The notes under the pieces were generated by a model that did no database searches, had not been told where the DNA came from, and saw only the letters and a list, made by a program, of their open reading frames with translations. A stretch of 63,279 nt of DNA, counting the filler, from Reticulomyxa filosa (lineage: Eukaryota > Protista > Foraminifera), in assembly GCA_000512085.1 (NCBI GenBank). It is 13 parts of 13 records of this genome, joined end to end, with 100 filler letters (N's around TTAATTAATTAA, not from the genome) between each part and the next. Parts side by side here need not be neighbours in the genome. Positions count along the whole stretch, not along the records: positions 25,581 to 33,032 come from ASPP01045600.1; positions 33,133 to 37,398 come from ASPP01002665.1; positions 37,499 to 40,303 come from ASPP01016638.1; 10 more parts are not named here. One strand, 5' to 3'. Of this stretch, positions 27,324 to 40,403 are shown piece after piece. Made by a program: the position numbers and the translations under genes. Positions within the stretch are counted from its first letter, which is position 1. Each line of letters starts with the position of its first letter.

Positions 27324-28119
27324 ATGTTGAGTTTATTGAAACGGACAACTAACGCCAATGAAGAACTGATGAAATATGACAAACAAATAAAAGGCCTAAA
27401 AGCCAGAATAACATAGCTACAGCAAAAAAGAGGCTTAGTTTGTGTCATTGTTTTTTTAGTTTCTTGTCTTTCCAAGGAAAAAAATATGCTTGCCTCTAAA
27501 AAAGGACGTGAACCCTTTGAAAACATTTGGCGAAAGCAAAATTCGCAAGACTAAAACAAAGCCATTAAAGGATAAACATGCATGGCCACTTTGGGATAGT
27601 CTATGGAGTGCATTGGTAATGACAGTAACACGTTGGTTTCAGCTGGACGTGGAACTTAATGATCTGTTCGATTGATTTATTTGAACAAAAAACAAACACA
27701 AAAAAACAAAAAAAACGTGATATATATGAAACGTACAAAAAAGAGTCAAAAAAATGACAATATATTTACGTTCATCATGGGTGGCAACATGCGCATATTC
27801 ACCACAAGGATCCTTCGTAGACAGTGGAGGATTAGACATTATTGTAATGTTTTTGATGCAAATAAGTATGATCAACATGTATCATTTAACTTGTATCTCA
27901 ACTATGTTATATTATCATTAACACACCCGATTGTTGCGTGGACATACAGGATGTGTTTGTTCCATATCAGTTGAGCCATCCAATCAGTTGCTTGTCACTT
28001 TAAGCGATAATAACACTGCCAAAGTGTGGAATTGTCGCTATCACAGACCACCTGTCTTTACTTTTGGATACCATAAGTCTTCTATTAATTCGTTTAGTTT
28101 GTCACACAAAGGAAGCTGA
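27324..28119 (+). pseudogene. Heterotrimeric G-protein beta subunit pseudogene
   Basis: N-terminal coiled coil, MHGHFGIVYGVHW/(frameshift)[32 protein letters not shown] (compare [22 protein letters not shown]), LRGHTGCVCSISV..AKVWNCR and FGYHKSSIN. Frameshift and stops present; truncated. Confidence 0.8.
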
Positions 28120-29449
28120 TGATCGAAGAAAAAGGAAGGATTAAGGGAAAAAAGACAACAATTATAACAATATTAACAAATTTACATAAAGCTGTTTTTG
28201 TATTTGTTGTGACAATTAATGATTACTTTTTATTAAATCTTTCCTAATTGTTTGAAAAATTAAATGTTTTCGTTTTAATAAAGAATTACTTATTTTTAAG
28301 TTTTTTTGACCATTTTAATTTTTTTGCGCTTTTGTTGTTTTTTTACTGCATTATTTTTAACTCTATTAATGATTTTTATTTTTAATGCATTTTTTCAACA
28401 AATTGTTTATTTGTTATAACTTCTAAATCTTGTTATTTTTAAAAAATTGCGAAAAATATTACTGTTGAACATTTTTTGCAACTGCTTAAAAAAAAAGTTG
28501 GCAAATTTCATTGTTACGATATAGTCACGATTGTCAATCTTTTTCTTAAAAATTTTGAAAAGTCAGTAAAATATTCGCCACACGATCCTCAAGTCACGTC
28601 GCAAAAAGGACATTCCATTGTGACTTTTTCAAGTCTGTCTAATCGCTGAATGCATTAAATCTTGTTTATCTTGGTTTCGTAAATATATAAAAAATATTTC
28701 TCTTTATTTTTACCGTTGGTCAGCCCCTTTTTTTATAAAAGTATAAATATAATCATATCAATTATAAAAAAAAATGTATAACTGAAAATAAAATAATGAA
28801 ATTAAACGTGTTTACTAGATGATCTTTTGAAAAGAAAAATCTTGTGCATTTTTTTAATCAATGATGTCGGTCACTTAGATAAACCAAAACAATAATTATT
28901 AAGAAATTTTTTTAAGAGTAATTTTCCTTATTCCATTTCCTACGTATCTACACACAAACGATAAGTTTTCTTTTGGAACTTCTTGAATTTGTGTCGTAGT
29001 TAACGGTTAACAGTGAACGTTTGAAACGACTCATTTACTTGTGTGATTTCAATTCATACTTTCATTTTTGAGATACAGGCAAATGTTGGATACAAGCTGT
29101 ACAATGCAGATTCAATTTGGGATAGAAGATCACAATGGTCATCACGAAGGACATACGAACGGTACGTGTCACAAGCAGGAGTGCGCTTGTCCGTGTGAGT
29201 GCAGTGTCAATTGGGCGAAAGGAAAAAAAGGCCAGGTGACTATGCCGTGGGTCCCCTGCGCCACTGAAGAACACGGCAGCCCGTGTTTTTTATGTCCCTT
29301 ATGGGATTCGCAATCTCAAAAGAGAAATTTCTTGCAAGATTGGGATTCGTTACAACGATCGTGTCTTCTTTGTCGCTAAACCGTTTCCACGCAACCCCCA
29401 CAACAAAGACAAAGAAGAACATAACCCTATTGCAACCCCTCACGAAGTA

Positions 29450-30311
29450 TCAGTCCAGAAACATCTCAATGTCCAAGTGAAGAAATAGACAACATCGAGG
29501 AGCAAGCAAAAACGTGTTCCTTGCCTCCGAGTAATAATACTAGCGAAACACAGTCAATGTGTAAGTGTCCTGGCTGTGGCATAATGGTGGCACAAACAAA
29601 AAAAGAAACGCGAAAACATCAGCGTGCTTGTTTTCAAAAAAGTGAGTTTTTTTTATAAAGGAAGTATACTTTTTTTCCCTCTCCTCCGAATGTTTGCGAA
29701 CAGCCGGATCTGAGATTTTTTTTTAATTTTTTAAAATTTGTTTGAATGAAATAGTTTATCGATGCGTTAAATGCTTTATATTGGCTTTGACAAAGAAAGA
29801 AATTCACACACATAGCGTAAAATGGCATGGCTTGAAAAATAAGCCAAAAAGTGCCAAAAAGAAAAAGAAAAAAGAAACAAAAAAGAAAACACCAAGTGAA
29901 TATCGCTGTGATGAATGTGGCAAAATGTTGAAAAAAAAAGGACTACTGACAAAACATGTCATAGGCGTACATAAAAAACCGTTTATTTGTCCGTATGAAA
30001 CTTGTCGAGCATTGGACAAGCGATTTGGAGAAAAAAGACGTCTGCGCACGCACATCCAGCGATTTCACTTGAAAGTTCGTGAAGTTTGTGAGTTTTGCAA
30101 AAAATATTATTATGATGAAAAAAGCTTGCAAAAGCATATCAATGATGTTCATTTGAAAATGAGACAATACGTTTGCATTGTATGCCGGAAGTGTTTCACC
30201 AGGTTTGTACCTTTTTTTACTTTGAATTTTTTTTCTGAAATAAATGTTTTTAATTGGATGTGCACAAATAGAAAAGAATTTTTGAGAAATCACTTGGAAG
30301 AACACGAGTAA
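29450..30311 (+). CDS. C2H2 zinc-finger protein (4 fingers)
   Basis: CDECGK..HVIGVH, CPYETC..HIQRFH, CEFCKK..HINDVH, and CIVCRKCFTR/KEFLRNHLEEH (last finger split by an intron at ~30203-30270). An upstream exon carries CPGC..H...C. Start uncertain. Confidence 0.85.
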
Positions 30312-30741
30312 GTTTTTTTAGTGCGAGGTTGATAATAGGGATTTGACATAGATGTCAGTTTATTGCGTTATGTCTGAACTGTTGTGGGGTTTACTAACTC
30401 GAAAATTATTTTGGGATGGGTTTCACAAATTGATTTCTAAAAGATTTTTTTGAAGATCTTTTCACAAAAAAATCCTACACTTTGCGAAAAGCAAATTAAG
30501 TCGGATTGTATAAAAATAATCATTTTTCGTTCAAATATGTTGACGACGTAGAAGATTTTGTTACAGAATTTCTGAGTTTGCGTTGATGTGATCAAAATGT
30601 CCTTTTTTGAATCAATAATTATGTTCATAGACTACAACATACTTGACACATGAATTGATAAGTTAAAAACAAAATAAAGTCAAAAACTAATGGATTGGGA
30701 GAATGTTTATAAAAAACCAAACACAGAAAAGAGCATCATAA

Positions 30742-32779
30742 TCATACTTTCATACAAAGCCAGCCAAAATAAATGAGGACCTTCAAACATTGGACGACGG
30801 TCTCTTCAAACTGTTGTTGAGGGACGTCCTCCAATCCTTCAACAGTAAATTTCAATTCATTTATCAGCTCACTAATCAGAAACTCATTTTTGTGAAGTTT
30901 TCTTCGATTTCTGATCCATTCAATAATCTCAAAACTGATATCACTTTCACAAAGCAAGATAGCCCTGGACAACGAATTGAAGGTGCCCATCTCACCAAAA
31001 TTGAGATGTAAAATATACTCTTTATCGACTTCAGTGTCATTGTTCGTGTCTTCTTCAGTAATCTCCAAAAACTTTTGTTCCTCCTGGCTTTGCGTTTCAT
31101 CTTTTGAGCTTTTAGGTCTGGACACAATATCCCGATGTGGAATCAACACACTCAATGGATTAACAAACAGTGTGTCCTTCGTACAGTCAATATCAGGTGG
31201 AGTTGGCATTGAAATATGGCAATTTTCCATTTCAACGGAAAAGTCAAAGGAATCAATTGGGATGACATTGGAGTCATTTAAAACCCTTGCGGCAAAGGAT
31301 GGAGGGCACATCATTGTCGGATAAGTTTTGAAGCGCGCGACCAATGGCTCTACAAATTTGTCCAAGCACATTTGCAAATGAGATTGGCAGGCATCCCAAT
31401 TGTTCATGCGCATGGGCATACGTAACTCAGCGATTTGTTGCATAGCAGTGCCAAGCACATACTGGAAGAATTCACCATACGTGAGAGGAATTAATGACAA
31501 ATTGATGGACAAGCTGTGTTCGCTCAAAGTTTCGACTTGGTGCCACATGCCACTGGGGAAATATAACACACTCCCTGGATACAATGTCACCTGTTGCGCA
31601 TTGCCAAGCGTGGCGTTGGCGTCAGCATCAGGAACAGAGCCCGTCGGAGAAGGTTCAAACGTTTCCATTTGATGACGGTGCAATTTCGTTTGCGTTTCCC
31701 GATGCCCGAGTCATCCTTGTAATGTGGCGTGCAACCACGATACACATTCATGTAGCTATTGGTCTCTGCGGTTATTGGATACAAATGCCATCGTTTAACT
31801 CCATGCAACTGAACTTTGAAATGATCACCACAAAAATGTGTGTGTGTATATATATATATATATGTTATATACAAAATTCGGAGCCATTATTGGAAACATG
31901 TACAAATCAAAGACCAAAAAAAAAAAAAAAGAAAAACTTGTAAAATTGTGCTGAAAATCCCAATGAAAATTGGTGACATGTGGCGCCCTGCTAACAAAGG
32001 TCTCGATTTCGCCTCGCAATTGGTGCGAGTCCTTTTGATTTTGAGCGTTGTAATGAGAGGCATTACCAACGTTTAGATCTCGGAGAATTTCATTGAGCAT
32101 GGCTTGCTCCAACTCTTCACTCCCTCGAAAGTACAAACTGCCTCCGACTTGGTAACATGACAACGCTGTGTCGACATTGTTTGTCTCGAAACTCACGATT
32201 TCATTTTTCTTATCATTGTGGCCGTCCTTTCCACTCTTACTTTTGCTTTTCAACCAAACGTGGATATTTTCGGAGGCAGTTTGTTCCAACAGTGTCTTCA
32301 GATTGAATGGAATTAAAGGGGAGTTTGCATTCTCCTCTTCCTCGTCGCTGGAGTCATCTTCATTGCGCTCTTTGCTACTTTTGAACAACAAGTGGTGGAC
32401 TCTGCTCGGATCATTTACACTTAGACACAATGCCTTCTTTGTCCACACGTGCTTCACAAAATCCTCTTTTTGAAATGGATAGATCAATGTCTCCAAAAAA
32501 GCTTCTTTTATTGCCTTTGCCACTCTCTCCATCGTTTGATTCGTATATTTTCGGACATTTCTTCGTGTCTTCTATTTTGTACTCTATTATTTCTTTGCTT
32601 TCCAGTATTCCACTCACATTTGCTGTCACTGTGTTTTTTCCATTCTTCTTTTCTCTTGCACTACGGCTGCGGCTACGACTGTCGCCGTCTCCGAACTTGT
32701 CACTTGCTTTGGCCTGAAGTCGCCTTTTTGCTTTTTGCTTTTCCTTCTGTCTGTCCACGTCTCCATGGGTGGTCTTCAT
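30742..32779 (-). CDS. JmjC/cupin-4 2-oxoglutarate oxygenase, ribosomal oxygenase (ROXA/NO66)-like; one apparent 1-nt frameshift at ~31699
   Basis: Fe-binding HWD followed by FQHNFT/IQLHGVKRWHL, LYPGSVLYFPSGMWHQVET, SLSINLS, N-terminal F...VWTKKAL and a C-terminal winged-helix-like segment. Introns at ~32572-32617 and ~31814-31938. Confidence 0.85.
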
Positions 32780-35700
32780 TTTGAAGGGATTGGATTTTAT
32801 TTTTTTGGATAATTGATAATCAATGAGGGGGGGCAACCAATTGAGTTTTTTATCATAAAAAGAACCAACACAGATTCGGAAGCGATCAAGAGCTCATCTT
32901 TGTAAAAGGAACAAAACAAAGATCAGCACAAACCGAAAAATATTGATAATCAAGTATCTTTTTTTTAAATTTCAAAATAAGAAAAAGGATGAGCTAGTAT
33001 ACAATGAAAAGAAATTTTTTTGGACTACACACNNNNNNNNNNNNNNNNNNNNNNNNNNNNNNNNNNNNNNNNNNNNTTAATTAATTAANNNNNNNNNNNN
33101 NNNNNNNNNNNNNNNNNNNNNNNNNNNNNNNNCATTTTCATATTTTGCCAAATGGACCACAATGGGAACAAGATTGTGAAAGATATTTTGAAAAAAGACA
33201 TACAAAAGGTTAATCAAAACTATGCTAATGATTCAACAAAAAGCAAGTTGTAATGTTTTCTTTTCTTCTTTTGCAATACACTTTGTACATCTTACTTGCT
33301 AACTGTTTAGCTATTGTTGTTATGTTAGTTATTAATTGTAACAACATAAATACAGCTTATTACTTTACTACTTAATATCAATACGGAAGCTTTCATGCTT
33401 TTAAATTGCTAACGACTGAGATGACAGAATGACAGTACCAAATGCTAAAAAAATCCAACTTTTTTTCCTCAAAATAAAGAAAAAATCAAACGTGTAATTG
33501 AATACTTGCACAGCAATTTAAAAACAAAAAGGGTAAGAATTTCATATATATTTGATAGTTTCTTCGTTCAAAAATCATTTTATAGTTTGTTTATTGTGCT
33601 TTTGAAAATACTGCTATAACTTACCAGAAAATTCGCATAAATTTTCTTTTTCAAACATTTTATTTTAAAAACTCTTCATCAAAAGATGTAATATTTCCAT
33701 AAATAATAAAAAGAAATTATAAATATAAAAAACAAATAACAAAATTCAAAATATATCACAAACAATAAAACAAAACCAAGCAACAAGTTTTTTTTATTTG
33801 AAAAAAAAATTCTAAGATTTTTCGAAAAAAAAAAAAAATTTCATTTTAAAGCATTTACGCTTTGTCTAACTACATTGTTTGCAATCAATACTGTTTATTT
33901 CGAATCTACACGTTCAAAAAAGTTTCAAACGTATGAAATAAAAAAACAAACAAATTTCTTAAACTTACTGGACAAACACTATGATATCTACATAGCAAGT
34001 CCACAAAGCAACTACAGCCTCCAATGCCATAAGAAACGACAACGAAGACTAACATTCTCTAACAACTTCAAAAATTACAACTTTGAACTTTTTGTTTACT
34101 AAAACTCAAATACAAAAAGCTAGTCAACATGTTTTGTCAATTAAAATTGCATTTAAAGGAAAATGTTGATCAATAACAATTTTTTAGTGATTTTTTTTTT
34201 CATTACAGAAAGTTGTTTACTTACATTTATGTTATTTGAAAAATAAATTCTTTAAACTGATTTATATTCGTCACAATTATACATTATTGAAAAGTAAAAG
34301 CAACTCCAGTTAAAACAAACAATGATGCACTTTTTCACTACGTCATTAATTTGATAATTTTTTCTATTCATTCACGATCTGAATTTTGTATTGATTGTAT
34401 TTCCACAGATAGTTGAATGTTGATGATTATGCTGGTAATGAGAAAAAAATGAAGTAGTAAAAAAAACAAAACAAAACAACAAATGGAAAGCCATTTGTTG
34501 TTGATTCTATTCTGTAATATTGCAATCATGACAACAAAAGTGACTGAAAAATTTTCTATCGAAGTAGCTGGAAACAAATCAAAAAAACTAATTACTTATG
34601 TCCAAGTTTCACTTTAATCTAATTTACAGAAGGTACTTCAAATGAAGATGTATAAGAACTTCTTGTTTTCAGATAAAATATTTTCATTAAAGCTACTACC
34701 TTTTTTTACCAAGTAAATTGTTTTGCAATATTGCACATAATTACAAATTTTAAAAAAAGCAAAACAAGAGTTGGTTATAACTCTTTTGCAACAGACTCGT
34801 GAAATAACAATTTAAATCACATTACATTTCATGTCATTTTTTGTGAATATTCAGAAACAAACAAATAGAATTGTAGTGAAGGGGAAGATGGCCATTCCAT
34901 TTTTTCCTTTATTTTGCATAAACGATTCGAAAATAGAAACATAAACATATTTATATACATATATTAAAATGCAGCTTTCATATCAAAGAAAAACATGATG
35001 TACATCTGGCAATCATTTGACAAAAAGGAGTTGTGGAAGATTGTCCAATCAAGTACTTATTAACGTCATAGTTTATTTTCTTATTACATAGTTGTCCTCT
35101 TTGTGACATATTGAAATAGTGTCTCTTTGTGAGGAATACACCTAAGAGATCAAATACTCTCTGATTTGTAAAAAAAGATGGTTTGTTTTGAATTTGTTAT
35201 TGCTGGTTTACATAATTATATATACATAAAATGAATTGCTTTAATTTCGCAATATATCTGCTACAATGCCGAATTGTTTTGACTATATACTCTTTTACTG
35301 TGTGACAAGGAAAATATATTTATCTTCGAAATTTTTCTTTAAGTGGCAAGTCACAATAAAATTTCTTTTACCAAAAAACTTGGTGTAAAGATATTCGTAC
35401 TTTTTTCTGCTGACAAAAACAACACAGCTGCTTTCGCACTTGCTTCTAGCTCTAAAACTGCAAATAGTGGCTTGATAATCTCTTGCCTTGCTGCGCATCC
35501 ACACCACAGAGGAAAAAAAAAATGGAACTATGTTCCCCCTTGCAACTTGTTTGTTCAGTTGATTTTTTGAACATAATTTTGACTTGACAAAACATATCAA
35601 CAACACAATACCATATTATCTGACCAATATTTAATTGAAAAAAACAGTTTTTTACTTTCTTAAGACGACACAACGATAATGAAGTGGGAAAAATGTGTAT

Positions 35701-37565
35701 CAATTTTGGAAAGGTCACAAATATTCACTTAGAAGTTGCAAAGGTTTTTTTTAGAAACAATATCTTTTTTTAAAAAAATGTTTTTGCTTTGTTGGATAAT
35801 TTTTGTTTCTATTTTTTGTTTCTATATGGATGTTTTAATAAAAATTTGAGATGGAATTTAATGTGTATTATACATATGTGGAAAAAGAGAATGGTGATGG
35901 AAGCCGAAAAAAATATGACAAATGGACAGAATTTGCAGAAATGAGGGCCGAGCTTAAAGATAAAAAATGTCAAAGAATTTAAATGTCATAAAAATACTGC
36001 AAAAGTACTTTAGTAGCAGAATAGCAAAAGGATGCCATTTGAACACTTTAAATATTTCATATTTCAAATGCGTTATTTATAAGAACAATGGATATTCTTG
36101 AACGCAAAAAATTTGAAAGCTATTTCTGAGACACAAACAAATCAACTACTTTAACAACGAATTAAAATCAAAAGGACTAAAACGCATTTGGATTTATGGC
36201 TCATCCCAAAGAATATGAAGTGATGTTATCAATATGGCACAAAAAGCACAAAATAAAGACTTAAAGGTGTTCATGCCAAGTGATTGAGAAAAAGATCTTG
36301 TAATATTGCTGCCAGTGATGTAATTGCACCAAGCGATAAATACAAAAGTGCAATGATGAATTAGCAGCACTAGCGAAAAAGCCAAAGTTAATGAATTTTT
36401 AAAAAATGCAAAACCGAAAAGTTGTATTTACTTAAAGAGTAAATTCTATCGAAAAAATTCTTTAGAAGTGAATTGATTTTGATGTTTTTTTTTATACTTT
36501 CTTCTTCGCGTTGAACAAATTTTGTTTTCTTTTATTTTTTTTATTTGTTGTCACTTCTGAATGTTGTTGTCCATGATATTGACAAAAAAAAATTTATAAA
36601 CGACTATTAATAAAAAAAAACATTTAAGTCATTTTGAAACTTTAAACTACTTCAGTGAATGTGATCTATTCATTAATCAGTAAATGTAAAATTTAGCAGT
36701 CTAAACTTTAAGAATAAGAAATTAAACAAATGATGCCATATAAAAAAAAATTAAATTTGGAACTAGACCCCTTTTTAAGGAACTATTCAAATTATAATAA
36801 TTTTGTTTTGTGTTTTTCATTTTTATTTATTCATTTATTGAATTTACAAGTATTGAGTTATTTTATCAAGAAAAAATATATTAATTCAATTGAAGTATAT
36901 TGTTACAAAGGGGACATGCATTTAGTTTTTTTACTTTCACTTTTTTTCAACTGCAAGATGTTCTTTCCAGGAGCAACACAAAAACACAAAAGAATTCACT
37001 TCCAAAGGATTTTTCTAATGGGATTTATTCGATGGGTTAATTCAATTCTTTGTTCAATACATTTAGATCGATCACATGGCCCATTTGATTGATTTTGTGC
37101 AGTCAAAGTACTTACAAAAGTTTTACAAATTTCCTTGGTAAAATCTGCTCATACCCTTCTTTTTTAATTGAAAATGTATTCAACAGTGTGCCTTTGAAAG
37201 AAAGCCTTTTTGGCTGAAAACACTTTAAAGTTTTTTTTACTTGTGGAACATGCTCCCTATCTTACTTTGCTTCAGAGAATTTACGGAAAAAGAATTTGAA
37301 AATCTTCTATTTGTTCAAAATTTAATTCCTTATTTTTTCTTTCAATTTTCCAAACAAATTAAAATCACGTTGAATGAAGTGATCTCGAAAGGTGTTTANN
37401 NNNNNNNNNNNNNNNNNNNNNNNNNNNNNNNNNNNNNNNNNNTTAATTAATTAANNNNNNNNNNNNNNNNNNNNNNNNNNNNNNNNNNNNNNNNNNNNCC
37501 CCTTTTTTTTTGAAAAACGTCCAAAAAAAAAAAAAACTTGTCTTCAATCAAAATCGCTGTTTTAT

Positions 37566-38018
37566 TTGTTGTTGGATGTGCAAAGTGAATCGACCCCATT
37601 GCGGATACAAACGACGCAACACCACAATGCCGATGTCGCCTATTTGCACAATAAAGAGAACAGAGGAGGAGTAAGCAATTGGAGATATGCTTTTGACAAT
37701 GAAATGGATGGCGATGATGACGACTATGACAATGACGATGGATATGACTATGAAGAAGAAGAAGAAGAAGAAGAAGACTATGACGACGTGAGGTGCACGC
37801 AACGCGTTGGATATGTACCACTCAAACGTAATCACACCACCCCTTCCAAACACAAAGTCATTGAAAATAGCTTGTGGTGCGAAATGTGTGGGACTGCGCT
37901 TGACAACGATGGTGAAAAAAAAGAGTTGGAGTGCGGTCATCAATTTCATTATTACTGTGCGCGGTCATGGCCAATCACGCAGCCATGTCCTGCTTGTCTT
38001 CAACAGTATACTTTCTGA
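37566..38018 (+). CDS. RING-H2 finger protein, C-terminal part
   Basis: CEMC..LECGHQFHYYCARSW....PCPAC has C3H2C3 spacing and is preceded by an acidic tract. Confidence 0.85.
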   Translation: MLLDVQSESTPLRIQTTQHHNADVAYLHNKENRGGVSNWRYAFDNEMDGDDDDYDNDDGYDYEEEEEEEEDYDDVRCTQRVGYVPLKRNHTTPSKHKVIENSLWCEMCGTALDNDGEKKELECGHQFHYYCARSWPITQPCPACLQQYTF

Positions 38019-38549
38019 TTTTTCTTTTTTTGACTTTTTTGGGAGCGTTGGCTTTTTTTTTTTTTTTTTTTTGAGTAAATCGGGTTAACAATATTATTGC
38101 TGTATGATCTTTTTTTGACGTGCACAAATTAACTTTTTTTCCTCCCTTATCATAAGCACAAAATTGGTTGAGTGGGGATATGAGTTACATTTTTTTTAAA
38201 ATAATGGTCTTCTTCTTGTCTGCTTTGCAATAAACAAAAAGCATTAAGTTGGATAATAAACATATTTGATGGAGATAGGGGGGGGGGGATGATATATGTT
38301 AGCAGCGCTAGAACTGTGAAGCTTTAATTCAGAGTGGGCGCATCCAACAAAAAAAAGACACTTTTTTTAGTTCTTGTCGTATGTCAAGCTCAGGAATTAA
38401 AAGTGAAGATAAAGGATGTAGAAAAAGATTCTTCAAAAAAAAAAAATAAAGATCAAATTTTAAACAGAAAATATAGCCGAAAATTTTTGAGGAAGGAAAT
38501 CCGGGAGAACAGGTAAACAAGTAAAAAAATTAGCAAAAAAAAACACTTG

Positions 38550-40303
38550 ATGGATTCAAATATCGTGTTCATACCTGGATCGGACGATGACAATTCGACA
38601 AACGATTCATTGAGGTATTATGATAATCTTGTGGATACATTGAACCGAACGTGTGCAAGCAAACAAAAAAAGGATCCAAAAACGGCAGTAAACGGTAGTG
38701 ATCTGAACAAAGACATAACAATTCCCTTCGAAGACTATGAAGCACGTAAGACATATATGGATAACAAGCATAACGAGGTGTTACAAATATTTCAAGACCT
38801 GTCAGCGGTGGAAGGGGTGAAAGACCACTTGTCGTCGAAGCTGACGCCGAAGCTGGTGAAGAGCGAGGGCGACAAGTTGTCGAAGAAGATGCACAAAGCA
38901 GCGAGCCGCGGCAAAGTGTGTAGCCCTAACCAGTCATCTCCAGAGGTTGCATTTTTGGAGGACGAGTTTATGACGGGAGACGAAAAGAGCGAGATGTTCG
39001 ACGCATCGCACTTTGATTTGCAGGAATATATAAAGATCACAAAGCATAAATTGAGGATTGTAAAAAAAAAGTTCCGCAGTAATAACATGGTTGAAGCGTT
39101 ACAAATGACTATTCAGGTTTTTGATTTTTTGATTTTTTGATAATTAAAAAAAAAAAAAGAACACTCCACAAATATCCTCCCCCCTTTTTTTTTTTCCCCC
39201 CCCCCAAAAAAAAAAAAAAAAAAAAAAAAAGTCAACTCATATCCTTTTGGACAAACGACTACGTGACAATGTTCACTTTTTCCTGTGGTACACGCGATGG
39301 TGTCAAAGATAGTGGAGTGCTTTGGCGAGTGTGTGTACGAGCGACTATTTGGACTGGCGGTGTCTCAGTTGTACGAAGACGAGTTCTATCGCCACAGTCG
39401 GTCGCAGAAAGCCCACGTGCCTCAACCTCCAAATCCGCGCAAGCTTACGATCGCTTTTACTCGCAAACCGCCTCCACCTCCTCCTCCACGGTCGCAAGGA
39501 AAGTTGTCACGCTCTCCTTCGCCTTCGCCATCGGCTCCAAATCCAAATGCAAATGCAAATGCAAATGCAAATCAAGGTCCGACTCCAATTCGAACTCCGA
39601 CTCCAGAGCCAGCCTCTCGTTTAGGCACCTTCAACTTTTTTGCTGGACGGAAAAATACTGGAGCCAAGTCTCCGGTGCCGACTTCAACTCCAACTGCGTC
39701 GTCGCCGACGCTGATGCCGATGCCGACGCCATCGGTGACTTTGACAAGCAATGGCAAGAGCAATGTGATAGACTCGAATGGCACGAAGAGCAATGGACAT
39801 CAGAACGGGAAGGGGAAGTCGGGTCCTACGATGATTATGTTGAATGACACGAAGGTGATGATGATGACGACGACGACGACGATGCAAAAAAATGGAGTCG
39901 CGACGCAGAAGGGACAGAATACAGAGCCAGAGTTGGAGTTCGACGCGAAGGAAAGTGGAGTGGAGTTAGCGATCAAAAAACAGAGCGAAGACGGACAGGC
40001 CACAAAACACGTGCTGTATACACATGTGACGGATTTATGTCAGGTAAAGTGTCGCAATTGGTATTGCAAAGTAAATGGCATTCGCGAACTGTTGCCGAGG
40101 CTGTTTATCGAGCTGTCGCTATTTCGGTGTACGAGGTTCATTTACTCGATCGAAGATATCTTTGAATATATGAATGTGCTGATCCAACGCTTGAATGGCA
40201 TATCCGACCCTTTGGCGGCAGCTTATCTCAAAGGATTCGCGGCCAAACAGATATTCCAAGTGTTTGGAAACTTTCAATTTTCACCACAGTCCTCCTCCTC
40301 CTC
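38550..40303 (+). CDS. VPS35L: VPS35-like retriever subunit (C16orf62 family), 3' truncated; intron 39117-39231; apparent 1-nt frameshift at ~39279
   Basis: EYI...VEALQMTIQ, IVECFGECVYERLF, CRNWYCKVNGIRELLPRLFIELSL.RC..F and GISDPLAAAYLKGF match VPS35L blocks as I recall them. Confidence 0.85.
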
Positions 40304-40403
40304 NNNNNNNNNNNNNNNNNNNNNNNNNNNNNNNNNNNNNNNNNNNNTTAATTAATTAANNNNNNNNNNNNNNNNNNNNNNNNNNNNNNNNNNNNNNNNN
40401 NNN

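Noticed and set aside
1466-29430. Stop-codon reassignment suggested by many in-frame TAA/TGA codons
   Set aside because: Intact conserved genes end at TAA (IWS1, eIF2-beta, WD40) or TGA (ATP-grasp, JmjC) and have no internal stops, while most of the broken regions also contain frameshifts.
33133-37398. Short ORFs across a 4.3-kb AT-rich contig
   Set aside because: F/L/K/I-biased translations are expected from AT-rich non-coding DNA; no domain recognised.
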